Assembly (NCBI GenBank): GCA_963712745.1
Contig: CAVQJC010000012.1
Location: forward strand, 1 to 64,000
Origin: an uncultured Chloroflexia bacterium
GTDB taxonomy: Bacteria; Chloroflexota; Limnocylindria; Limnocylindrales; CSP1-4
Length of the DNA: 64,000 bases
Reading direction: 5' to 3'
The position numbers were made by a program, and so were the translations under genes. The notes below the pieces were generated by a model. That model had not been told where the DNA came from. It did not search any database and was given only the letters and a program-made list of their open reading frames with translations. Below, in pieces: positions 1 to 8,711 of the stretch. How positions within the stretch are numbered: the first letter of the stretch is position 1; each line of letters begins with the position of its first letter.

Positions 1-1327
1 CGAGTACAACATGGACGACGACGGGAACCGGACCTCGGTCGTCGTAACCCCGTACGGGCAGGGCTCTTCCAGCACGAGCTACACGGACAACTCGCTGAAC
101 CAGTACACGGCCGTCGGCGCCGCCAGCCCGACGCTACGACGACAACGGGAACCTGACCGACGACGACACGTACACGTTCGAGTACAACTACAAGAACCTG
201 ATCTGCCGCGTGAAGGAGGGCGAGACGACGATCGCGACCTACAAGTACGACGCGCTCGGACGCCGGGTCGAGAAGAACGTGGACTCGGACGTGGAGCGCT
301 ACATCTACTCGGGCGCCGAGACGGTGTCGGTCTACGACGGGTCGAACACCTGGGTGCGGGACTTCGTGTTCGGGCAGGTGATCGACGAGGTCCTGATGCT
401 CGAGCAGGCCGACGTGCTCGACTTCGACGACGACGAGAACACGAGCGAGACGACGCGCTCGCTTCTACCACCGCAACGCGCTCGGCTCCGTGATGGAGAT
501 CACGGACATGAACGAGGCCGAGGTGGCTTCGTATCGCTACGACCCGTACGGCGCGGTGACGATCACCGATCGGCGGCACGCCGCAGGGGAGCGACCCGCT
601 CGGGCAGCCGTGGACGTACACGGGGCGGTTCCACGACGAGGAGACGGGGCTCTACTACTACCGGGCCAGGTACTACGACGCGGCGTGGGGGAGGTTCCTG
701 CAGAGGGATCCGTTGGGGTATGCGGCGGGGCCGAATCTGTACGAGTATGTTCACTCGCGTCCGGTGGTTCTGAGAGACCCCCGCGGCCTGTGGTCATACT
801 CGGGCGGTTGGTCCGGGCACCCCACTCTGCACTCCGATCGCTCAATCAGTGGCGACTATGCGGTCGGTGGGATCAACTGCCCTCCCTGCGGGGACTTGGA
901 GTTCTCGCTTCAGATCCCTTGGAGTCCGTGGTGGCTTCGCCGGAAGATCTGCTCTGACAACGGGCGGCACCATTGCTACCTTGTTCCGACCGACGCGTGC
1001 ATGCGGCAAGTGGAGAACGCTGTCAACAACGCTTGCACGGATTGGGAGTCCGCCCAGAGCGAGAGTGGTCCAGATGCAGCGGACATTGCAGCAGTCGCCC
1101 TTGCAGAAGTTGGTTCCAGCGCATGGCTCGGGGGTGCACTGGCAGCTGGCAGCTCGATCTTGGCGCCCGCGGCGGCGGTCGGCGGGGCGGCGGTGCTATT
1201 GTACAACATCTTCTCGGGCGGGGGCCCGGATGCAGGGGAGGCCTGCAGGGAACTCCAGAATGCGGTGGGTGCCGCCCTCGCCAGCAAGGACTGCTGGAAG
1301 TTGGTATGCAAGAGCAGCGCAAGGTAG
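1..1327 (+). CDS. Rhs/YD-repeat protein, 3' part with C-terminal variable (toxin-like) domain; runs off the window start and is split by ~3 apparent frameshifts
   Basis: Across frames: YDxxGNL, YKYDALGRRVEK, FYHRNALGSV, YRYDPYG, YTGRFHDEETGLYYYRARYYD...GRFLQRDPLGY...PNLYEYVHSRPVVLRDPRGL (canonical Rhs core end PxxxxDPxGL). It is followed by a Cys-rich C-terminal domain with a long Ala/Gly hydrophobic stretch. Confidence 0.9.
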
Positions 1328-1701
1328 ATCCCTCCGAGGATCCGCGGGAGCCGTCGCGTCGGGCTTTGACCTTGGTTGCTACCGGGACGGTGGCTGCCGT
1401 CGGCGCAATAGCGGCAGGCACTTCGCTGGAAAGGGACTGGTTGGGTACATGCGTCACGCTGCTGAGCTTGGCAGTCGCGGTCGCTCTCGGGTGCGAGGGC
1501 CTCACCCGACTGGCCAAGGCTGGGCGCCTAGCCAAGGTGGCAGTTGTGCTGACCCTCTGGTGTGCGCTGGCGTGGGGGGCAGTCATTCTCCTTCCCAGCG
1601 GCAAGGCTCGGTCTTGGGTCCTGCTGCCCGGCCTTGTTGTAGGAACGCTCTGTGCCCTCGCGACCTATGCCGTATGGAAGGGGTATCGCAGGAGGGACTG
1701 A
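1306..1701 (+). CDS. Small multi-pass membrane protein, putative Rhs immunity protein
   Basis: ATG at 1306 overlaps the Rhs 3' end; about 4 hydrophobic segments and a basic tail; sits directly downstream of the toxin domain. Confidence 0.6.
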   Translation: MQEQRKVDPSEDPREPSRRALTLVATGTVAAVGAIAAGTSLERDWLGTCVTLLSLAVAVALGCEGLTRLAKAGRLAKVAVVLTLWCALAWGAVILLPSGKARSWVLLPGLVVGTLCALATYAVWKGYRRRD

Positions 1702-1934
1702 CGCGTCGCAGGCCTCTCGGGCTTCCGTCACACAATCCGCGTCTGGGCGCGGGGTACGCGTCCCGCCATCACAGGTTCCGCGGCTGCGTGCCGAAGGCCG
1801 CGTCACCGCACCCATCCGGGCCCACCTCGACTGCCGACCGGAGCCCCGAAGGCCTGTGCGAACCTGCCAGCGACCACGATCCGTCGGAAACCGGCCAAGT
1901 ACGCCGCATCGAGGCCTCTGTTGCGGAACCGCTG

Positions 1935-2831
1935 ATGTGTGGGTGCCGGCGCGGGTGTCGAAGCAGGAACTGTGGTAGACTGCGAGTGGTGTCATGGAAT
2001 CGGTCGCTCCGAGCGCGCTTCTCCTCGTTGATCGCGCTGATGCTCTGCTTGGCGTCGTATGCCGCCTCAGGTTGCGGCGCGGACCGAGACGAAGCCGGCT
2101 CGACGTCCGACTCCACTGCTCCAACCGAGTACGCCGAAACGGCCGATCCCTCGTCTCGGCCTCCCCCCACTTTCAAGATCGACAAGCCGCGCTACCACGC
2201 AAGGATCAATGCGACCATCGCCGAGGTCATCGAAGTCGATGGTACCGAGCCGATCCCCGCGGAGGATCAGCAGTCCGTGGAGGCACTCCGGCGGTGGCTG
2301 AAGGACGATTCCCACCCGGCACGCAGAGCCGCGGCCCTCTGTCTGGGCAAGCTGGATGCCGGAGCCGCCGCCGCGCAGGACTTGCTACGGGCCACCCATG
2401 AGGATCCTGCGGGCACGGTGCGTGTCGAAGCGGCGGTGGCCTACTGGCGGATCGCTGGTGAAGCGAGGCCGGCGGTCACGGCCTTGATCGACGTGCTGCG
2501 CAGGGGCGGCGGTGCGCTGAGGATTGAGGCGGCCTGGGCGCTGGCAGACTTGGGTCCGAGAGCGCAGGACGCCGTGGAGGCGCTAGCACAAGTGGTCAAG
2601 GGGCAGTTGAAGCGCCCTCGGAAGGACACCCTCGACTACGGCGATGGCGCGATCTTCTCTGAGCCGGCGTACATCAACCAGTCGCCGCGAAGCGCTGCTG
2701 CCGAGGCGCTTGCTCGGATTGCGGTGAAGACGCATGACGTGACGACTGCTCTAGCCGGCCTTGCGAGGGAAGGCCGATCGTTCGAGCAGGAAGCAGCTGC
2801 GCGGGCATTGCACCAGTTGAGGGCTCGGTAG
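1935..2831 (+). CDS. HEAT-repeat (PBS lyase-like) lipoprotein; start uncertain
   Basis: Hydrophobic segment ending in YAASGC (lipobox-like); repeats RRAAALCLGKL, VRVEAAVAYWRI, LRIEAAWALADLGP, RSAAAEALARI. Confidence 0.7.
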   Translation: MCGCRRGCRSRNCGRLRVVSWNRSLRARFSSLIALMLCLASYAASGCGADRDEAGSTSDSTAPTEYAETADPSSRPPPTFKIDKPRYHARINATIAEVIEVDGTEPIPAEDQQSVEALRRWLKDDSHPARRAAALCLGKLDAGAAAAQDLLRATHEDPAGTVRVEAAVAYWRIAGEARPAVTALIDVLRRGGGALRIEAAWALADLGPRAQDAVEALAQVVKGQLKRPRKDTLDYGDGAIFSEPAYINQSPRSAAAEALARIAVKTHDVTTALAGLAREGRSFEQEAAARALHQLRAR

Positions 2832-3149
2832 CTCTGGGCTGTTCCGCGAGACGGAGCTGTGCATAGGCCCAGCCGCTTGGGCGGGTGTAGCGGCCCGGTG
2901 TAGCGGCCCGGCACCCTTGGCGGGTCGTTTCGAGCCGTTCCACGCGCGGATTCCGTACGCCTATCGCCCGGTCATCGCTGACCACCCAAACTCCGGGGAA
3001 TACACCCCCACGTGAGCGCGTCAGTACGAATGCGACCCTCCCGGTTCCTGGCCGGATACGGAGGGTGCTTGGCGCTCCTCCAGCACGAGCGCATCCTGCC
3101 GGACTGAGGGAGCGGCAAAGCCACAGCAGGGAATCCTTGGGAGAAAGCA

Positions 3150-3482
3150 ATGATCGTCGGAACCACAATCATGAAGCTTGACGGCAATGCGTTCTACAGT
3201 CCCTCCTTTCCGCGAGGTGGTCTCGGGGCTACGTTCGTGGCCGAGGTGCTGAACATCGCGAACTCTCCGGATCTCACGGTCACGGTTCAGCACCGGAACG
3301 AGGAGGACACGAGTTTCAGCGATGCCGACGCCTTCGCTGCGATGTCGAGCACCGGGGTCTTCCAGAAGGACATCACGGGGCTCAAGGAGATCGTGCGCTT
3401 CAAGTACGAGTTCGACGCCGGCGATGCGTCCAACGCCACCGTGCACTTCCTGATGCAGGCGCCCAGCTGGCGGCCGTACTAG
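3150..3482 (+). CDS. 110 aa beta-rich hypothetical protein, possible distant relative of the 15.2-16.8 kb paralogs
   Basis: Clean ORF with GGAGA RBS and strong GC3 codon bias. It has alternating beta-strand patterns (DLTVTVQH, DITGLKEIVRFKYEF) at a similar size and spacing to the paralogs. Confidence 0.75.
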   Translation: MIVGTTIMKLDGNAFYSPSFPRGGLGATFVAEVLNIANSPDLTVTVQHRNEEDTSFSDADAFAAMSSTGVFQKDITGLKEIVRFKYEFDAGDASNATVHFLMQAPSWRPY

Positions 3483-3501
3483 GCGCAACGAGAGCGGCCT
3501 G

Positions 3502-3984
3502 ATGGAACTAAGCTCCTCTTGTGAAACGGCGTCCGAAGCTCCGTCAGACGCAAGCTGCAGAGCAGATCCGCGGAGTCGCAGCATCGGCCCCGGCTGCGAG
3601 TGCGCGACATGCACAGGTGACGTTGATCCTAGTGATCCGGCCGTAACGGACCTGAAATGGGCGGCACTGGTGTCGGCAACAGGCAGCGCTGCTACCGACG
3701 CCTTCTGGATCACCGCGGAGACACGGCACCATCTTGCCACGTCCCCGAGTCAGGGTTCACCTACTCACGATAGGATAATGAGAGACGTTCTTCGGATGCA
3801 CAGGGTGGCCCAGGCATCCCCAATCGAATTCGCCCGGCAATGGATCGCACCCTGGACTCTCCAGCGGATCGAGCCTCTCGCAGCCGCTGGACCGTACGCT
3901 GCTCAGCACAGCGGATCCGTCAACCGCAACGCACCCGACGTTGGCGAGACTCGGGGTACGAGCGCAGAGGGTGGAAATGGGTAA
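3502..3984 (+). CDS. Hypothetical protein with CxCxxC motif; may be the N-terminal part of a single gene continuing into 3977-4801
   Basis: ATG 19 nt after the previous stop; GCECATC motif; its stop overlaps the next ATG (ATGGGTAA). Confidence 0.45.
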   Translation: MELSSSCETASEAPSDASCRADPRSRSIGPGCECATCTGDVDPSDPAVTDLKWAALVSATGSAATDAFWITAETRHHLATSPSQGSPTHDRIMRDVLRMHRVAQASPIEFARQWIAPWTLQRIEPLAAAGPYAAQHSGSVNRNAPDVGETRGTSAEGGNG

Positions 3985-4801
3985 ACACGAGGACGCCTGC
4001 GCTGCGTGTGCGAAGCGGAGGAAAATCCCCCCCAGCAAGGGCAAGGAGGGTGAAGGCGCGAATCCCGAGGACAGTGAGAAGGGGGATGTAGGACAGGCGA
4101 CGTGGGGACCTGGCACCCAGGAGCCTTTGGGTGGCTGGAGGCGAACGCCCGACGACGGGTTGTTCCTGAACTTCGAGTTCCTCTACGGGGGTTACTGCCT
4201 CACCCAGGCGCACACGAACACCTGTATCTACCAAACTGTTCGCAGCGAGACCTTCTACTGCATCATGCACGGCGCCGAGTGCGTGTTCCTGGCGGACGTC
4301 GATGATCCTAGCGGTTGGATACCGGACCCCGGAGACAGCAAGAACGCACTCGAACCACCCGGTGCGATTCCCAAAGGTTCCCAGGGTGACGCACCTGGTG
4401 TGACGACCAATGCGGCCATGTTCAAGAACCTGCAGGATTGGCACCAAGTCGTTGCAGAGACCCTGGGCGCGTCCAAGGCGTGGATCCGCGTGACACGCTG
4501 CGTGGACCTGCATTGGTACGTCATTAGGTTGGACGACTGCAAGGTACTTGTGGACACGAAGATGCACGGGATCGTGAACTACGCATTGGACCCGAAGAGT
4601 GGGCAGCCGAGCGCGGCTCCGGTGACGCAGAATATGGGGGGTGGCCACGGCCAGAAGCCTGTGGTCGGTGGCAGCCACTTCGGACCTGGCTACTACTCTG
4701 GCAAGCATCCGCGGGAGTGCTCGAAACCGTCACGTCCTACGATGGGCAAGACGAGAGTCCGAGCCGAGAAGCCGCCGAAGAAGGGCGGTGGCAAGAGGTA
4801 G
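3977..4801 (+). CDS. Cys-rich hypothetical, effector-like protein
   Basis: Long ORF with a CAAC motif, a Gly/charged linker, then a globular Cys-containing domain; no recognisable family. Confidence 0.6.
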   Translation: MGKHEDACAACAKRRKIPPSKGKEGEGANPEDSEKGDVGQATWGPGTQEPLGGWRRTPDDGLFLNFEFLYGGYCLTQAHTNTCIYQTVRSETFYCIMHGAECVFLADVDDPSGWIPDPGDSKNALEPPGAIPKGSQGDAPGVTTNAAMFKNLQDWHQVVAETLGASKAWIRVTRCVDLHWYVIRLDDCKVLVDTKMHGIVNYALDPKSGQPSAAPVTQNMGGGHGQKPVVGGSHFGPGYYSGKHPRECSKPSRPTMGKTRVRAEKPPKKGGGKR

Positions 4802-4804
4802 CAA

Positions 4805-5389
4805 CTATGGCTTCGTCTTTTCGAGCCACAAGCCGTCGATGATACCTCCGCAACCCACAAGATTGACTCCCTGCGCGTGGATTCGGCAGACTATGGTCGA
4901 GTGAAGACTCGCTGAGTCTGTCCGCGTGTCGGTCTGCACGCACAGGCGTATCGTGTTAGCGGTTTGCGTCCATGTACCCGTCCTCAGGCGTGCGCCCGGG
5001 AGTCGAATCGCATGACTTGGTGCCCCGGCTCGCGCGACAACAACCATGTTCTTGAAGCCGGAGCACTCTGCTGGCCTAGAGGGTACGTACTGCCACGACT
5101 CAGACAGGTGGAATCGTCCCGACTCCTCGAGACTCAGTCGCACTTGCCAGTCACGAAGCTCCGTCTCTGCCATCGAGACGGCGTCTTCAGTGTCCTGAGC
5201 CTCGCCAGTCCACAGAAGCTCGCGTGAGCGAGCCCTGACGAGCTCCAATCGGGCCGGATCCTCTGCGGCGAGTGTCCACGTCGTGCAGGACGGGATCCGG
5301 CCCCTTGGCGGGCACGCGCGACACCCAGTGGTGGGACCTGATTCAAGACATACCACTGCCAACGCGGCGGTGATCGCTCCCAGCCTCAT
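4805..5389 (-). CDS. Exported/lipoprotein-like beta-barrel protein, convergent with 3977-4801
   Basis: N-terminal hydrophobic signal (MRLGAITAALAVVC); LSLEESGRF...RTGTWTQTANTIRL pattern typical of lipocalin-like small lipoproteins. Confidence 0.5.
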   Translation of the reverse strand: MRLGAITAALAVVCLESGPTTGCRACPPRGRIPSCTTWTLAAEDPARLELVRARSRELLWTGEAQDTEDAVSMAETELRDWQVRLSLEESGRFHLSESWQYVPSRPAECSGFKNMVVVARAGAPSHAIRLPGARLRTGTWTQTANTIRLCVQTDTRTDSASLHSTIVCRIHAQGVNLVGCGGIIDGLWLEKTKP

Positions 5390-6052
5390 GTTCCGCTCCC
5401 TTCCGCGGCCGGCTATGAGACACCACATCACCAGATAACTCACAGCGGTTTACGGGCGTCGCGAAGCGCATGCCCGTAAGGCGCTTGTTGAACGAAACCG
5501 GCGGGGGCGCTCGGGTCAGGGCGGGCGACGACGAGGGGCTGACACGGCAGGCGAATGGTACGCGCCGTGCGCAAATACGGGGATTCCATGCGGCCCTGGC
5601 GGGTGCTACGCAAACTGCAACAACTTCGCCGCGATGGCGAGTTCACCAGGGCGCACCGCTCTCGGGCGATACGTTGCAGCGACCGGCGCGCCTCGTAGGA
5701 CCTAGCGTGGAGCCGAAGCCCCTGTCCGCTGGTGGAACTCGGCGTGACCCGTCGCACGCTAGCAGGCGGGTCGAGCAACCGAGAGCCACCGTCCAATGCC
5801 GCGCCGCCTTGGCGAGCGACGGGTCGAGTGAGACGCGCTCCCACCGCATGACCGCCTTCATCCTATCGAACCGCCTGCGCCAGCGCGAGAGGGAGCCCGC
5901 TCGGAATCGCCCTGACGCGGCGCGGGTCGGGTCGAGTGGCCGCCACCAAGCGCCACCGAATCCACCCTGGCAGGATACGCCCGAGGTTGCGGTCCGCTCT
6001 GGGCCACCGCGCGCAGCGCGGTTTCGTTCAACACAGGGGTGTCACCTTGACT

Positions 6053-6142
6053 TCATCGGGCTTGGGTAGCAGTCCGCATCCCGCGGATGCAGGCTCGCCC
6101 CCTCATGATCTTGAGGTCGAACTCGATGCGATCAAGTGTCAT
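6053..6142 (-). pseudogene. DUF433 antitoxin-like N-terminal remnant
   Basis: MTLDRIEFDLKIMRGRACIRGMR resembles the DUF433 N-terminal consensus (RIxxDPxIxxGxxCIRGxR) but stops after ~29 codons. Confidence 0.55.
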
Positions 6143-6296
6143 GGCGCAATCATACGCCGGCAGATAGAGTCCGTGCACCTCCGCGCACGACTGCGTGCAG
6201 GTTCGTGCGAGGACGTGCGCGTAGACCGTTACAACTACGTCCCAACGGATTCCGCGATCGACGTAACCCTTTGGCACACAAAGGCGGACATCGTAG

Positions 6297-6349
6297 GCGT
6301 CAGCTTCCCAAGCTGAATGTCGTCGGTTCGAACCCGATCGGGCGCTCCA
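6297..6349 (+). tRNA. 3' fragment of tRNA-Gly(CCC), probable att site
   Basis: Anticodon arm TCAGC-TTCCCAA-GCTGA, T arm GTCGG-TTCGAAC-CCGAT, acceptor 3' strand CGGGCGC-T-CCA. The matching 5' strand GCGCCCG and the D arm are absent upstream. Confidence 0.85.
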
Positions 6350-6670
6350 TTCTCCTTGCGCCTTCCTGCCGCAACCTGCGCGACGTTGCACGTTTGCGGC
6401 GATGCGGCCCAGGCCTCCCGCCGGCCGCCCGCTTCCTGACTTCGCGCAGCCGAAGCACAAGGTACGTGACGCTCGAACGTCTCAACCACGACACAAGTCG
6501 CTCAGCATTTCACGTCCCAACATCGCGCGCCGTGTGCGCTGCCACGGTCACCACGGGCGCGTGTGCGCGCCGTGGTGCGCCGCGGTGCGGGGCGAGGTTC
6601 CTGGCGACACGAGGCCCACGCGCGCGACACGGGCGCACGTGGCTAGCCGTGGGCGCGCTTGCGCCCTCCG

Positions 6671-7891
6671 CTACGGTCCCACACGCGCGGTGTCGAGATG
6701 GGCCGGCCGCGCTTGCCTCGGGGCGCCTCGGGCAGCGGCAGGGCCTCCACGGCGCCGCCCAGTGTCGAGCAGGCTGAGGTCCGTGTACCGCTCCATCGTC
6801 GTCTCGATGGAGGCGTGGCGGGCGAGCTGCTGCGCGACGCTCGGGTGGACGCCGCCCGCGGCCAGCCAGGAGATGTAGGTCGTGCGCAGCGCGTGGAAGT
6901 CCACGACGCGGCCGTCCTCGCCCTCGCGCGCGATCCCGGCGGCCTCGAGGTCCGGCGTGGAAGGTGCGCGTGTTGGGGAAGGCGCCCTCGGCACGACAGG
7001 GTCCTCGGGGGAGGCGTCCAGGGGCCGGGCGGCGGCGAGATGCGCCATCGTCGCGGCCGCGAGACGCAGGTGCTGGTCCCTGCGCGACTTGGCCGAGGCG
7101 GCGGGCACCGTGATCTCGCCCGGCTCCAGGTCCACGTCGCACCAGCGCAGCCGCCGGATCTCGCCCTTGCGCAGCCCGGTGCCGAGCGCCAGGGCGTAGA
7201 TCGAGCGCGCGAATCTCACCCAGCGCCTCGAGCCTGCGGCGCGGAGGCGAGCGAGGTGGGCTCGACCTTCTTGCCGCGGAAGGTCCAGGACAGGGGGCGC
7301 GTGCGCGCCGCCTCGATCAGCCGCTCGCGCCTCCTCGGGCGTGAGCGCGCGCCGGACGTGGCGCCGGTCGGCCTCCTCGTTCAGCGTCTTGAGCCCGTCG
7401 AAGGGGTCGAACTGGACGCGCCGGGTCCGCACCAGCCAGAGCCCGAACTGCTTCAGGGCCTGGTAGCAGCGGTTCACGGTGCGCGCCGAGACGCCCGCTG
7501 CCTTGACCTTCGAGAGGAAGCCGCTGGCGCCGGGCAGGGAGAGGTCCTTCAGGCGCTCGGCGCCCGCGTCCTCGACGAACGCGCGGAGGCACCCCATGCG
7601 GTCCTCCAGGTACCGCTCGACGACGTCGCGGGCCCGCAGCGTCTTCTCGAAGTCGGCGACGTGCTCCTTGAGCCTCTTCTCGTGGTGCTCGCTGAAGGGG
7701 TCCTCGATGCCGGCGCGCTTCAGCTCCTCGCGCCGCATGAGGTCGGCGGCGATCAACTCGGCGGCGCGCTTGTCCCGCGTCCGCAGGCTCTGGTGGAAGC
7801 GCGCCCCGCCCACGTAGGCGAGGAGCCACCACGTCCTGCCCGTGCGCTCGTGGCCGTGGCGGTCCTTGTACTTGCGGCGGTAGACCCTCAT
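6671..7891 (-). CDS. Tyrosine recombinase/integrase (probably with small compensating indels)
   Basis: ALGTGLRKGEI (Arg I), KSRR, DFHALRTT (HxxR), LARHASIETTMERYT (His, catalytic Tyr); N-terminal arm-binding-like region WW...FHQSLRTRDKRAA. Confidence 0.93.
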   Translation of the reverse strand: MRVYRRKYKDRHGHERTGRTWWLLAYVGGARFHQSLRTRDKRAAELIAADLMRREELKRAGIEDPFSEHHEKRLKEHVADFEKTLRARDVVERYLEDRMGCLRAFVEDAGAERLKDLSLPGASGFLSKVKAAGVSARTVNRCYQALKQFGLWLVRTRRVQFDPFDGLKTLNEEADRRHVRRALTPEEARAADRGGAHAPPVLDLPRQEGRAHLARLRAAGSRRWVRFARSIYALALGTGLRKGEIRRLRWCDVDLEPGEITVPAASAKSRRDQHLRLAAATMAHLAAARPLDASPEDPVVPRAPSPTRAPSTPDLEAAGIAREGEDGRVVDFHALRTTYISWLAAGGVHPSVAQQLARHASIETTMERYTDLSLLDTGRRRGGPAAARGAPRQARPAHLDTARVGP

Positions 7892-8064
7892 GCCCAGGCC
7901 TCCGCCGCGCCCAGCCGTCGGCGAGGACGGGCCGGGGCGCGGTCCGTTGCGCGGTCGCCCTGCGCTTCGGGTTCGTTCTCTTCGTCGTGGCCATGGTGGG
8001 CCTCCCGGGGCGCGAGGCCTTCTCCTCGGCGCCGGGTTCGAGCAGGGCTCGCCCTCGCGAGGCA

Positions 8065-8379
8065 TCAAGGTTCTTCGCCGGGTGCGAAGGCGGCGGCGGG
8101 CGCTTTCGGGAGAGATCCTCCCGCCGTCAGGGAGAAGGAAGGGAACGGGCGCACGAGGAGCACTCGGGCGGCCATCACGAGCACCCGTCGCGAGGCCCGC
8201 TCGAGGAACGTCTCGAGCGCCTCCTCGCGTACGCGAACGGCCCTCGGCGAGAGCCTCAGGACCTCGAGCCGGCCGCCTGCAACCCAGCCCTGGACGGTTC
8301 GCAGACTGACCCGACATCGCGCGGCGATGTCCTGCAGGCGAAGGAGCGGTCTTGCGACATCGGAGCGGGGCCGGTTCAT
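8065..8379 (-). CDS. HTH_17/excisionase-like DNA-binding protein
   Basis: LLRLQDIAARCRVSLRTVQGWVAGGRLEVLRLSPRAVRVREEALETFL is a classic MerR-like Xis pattern; ATGA overlap with the upstream gene. Confidence 0.85.
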   Translation of the reverse strand: MNRPRSDVARPLLRLQDIAARCRVSLRTVQGWVAGGRLEVLRLSPRAVRVREEALETFLERASRRVLVMAARVLLVRPFPSFSLTAGGSLPKAPAAAFAPGEEP

Positions 8380-8711
8380 GCGTGCTCCTCCTCCTGGATC
8401 GCCGCGCGCTCGTCGGCGTCGTCCAGCGCATCGAGCTCGCGACGCAGCGCCTCCCACTGCGGATCCGCGTCGAGCCCGGACGCGCAGAAGAGACGGATGA
8501 CGCGACGGCTCTCGCCGACGGATGCGCACTCGGGGCACGGGCACAGCTCGGAGAACAGACGGATCAGGTCCGCCTTCACGCAGAGCACCCGGTGTCGGAG
8601 CGCGGGGGTGAGGGCGCCACGCGGGGCGTCGTAGGTCAGCTCGCCGTCCTTGACGGAGAGCCAGATCCCCTGGGCGCGGAGTTCTCCGAAGAGACGCAGG
8701 GCGACGATCAC
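8376..8711 (-). CDS. Small protein with TubC-N-like domain and CPCPEC motif
   Basis: LRAQGIWLSVKDGELTYDAPRGALTPALRHRV..KADLI resembles TubC_N-like docking domains often found after primase genes; GTGA overlap with the upstream stop. Confidence 0.65.
   Translation of the reverse strand: MIVALRLFGELRAQGIWLSVKDGELTYDAPRGALTPALRHRVLCVKADLIRLFSELCPCPECASVGESRRVIRLFCASGLDADPQWEALRRELDALDDADERAAIQEEEHA

Noticed and set aside
2881-2910. GCGGGTGTAG as the missing 5' half of the tRNA-Gly
   Set aside because: It does not pair with the CGGGCGC acceptor strand at 6339-6345 and no D arm follows.
5440-6050. ORFs between the 4805-5389 gene and the tRNA fragment
   Set aside because: No convincing motifs or codon bias; probably decayed sequence.
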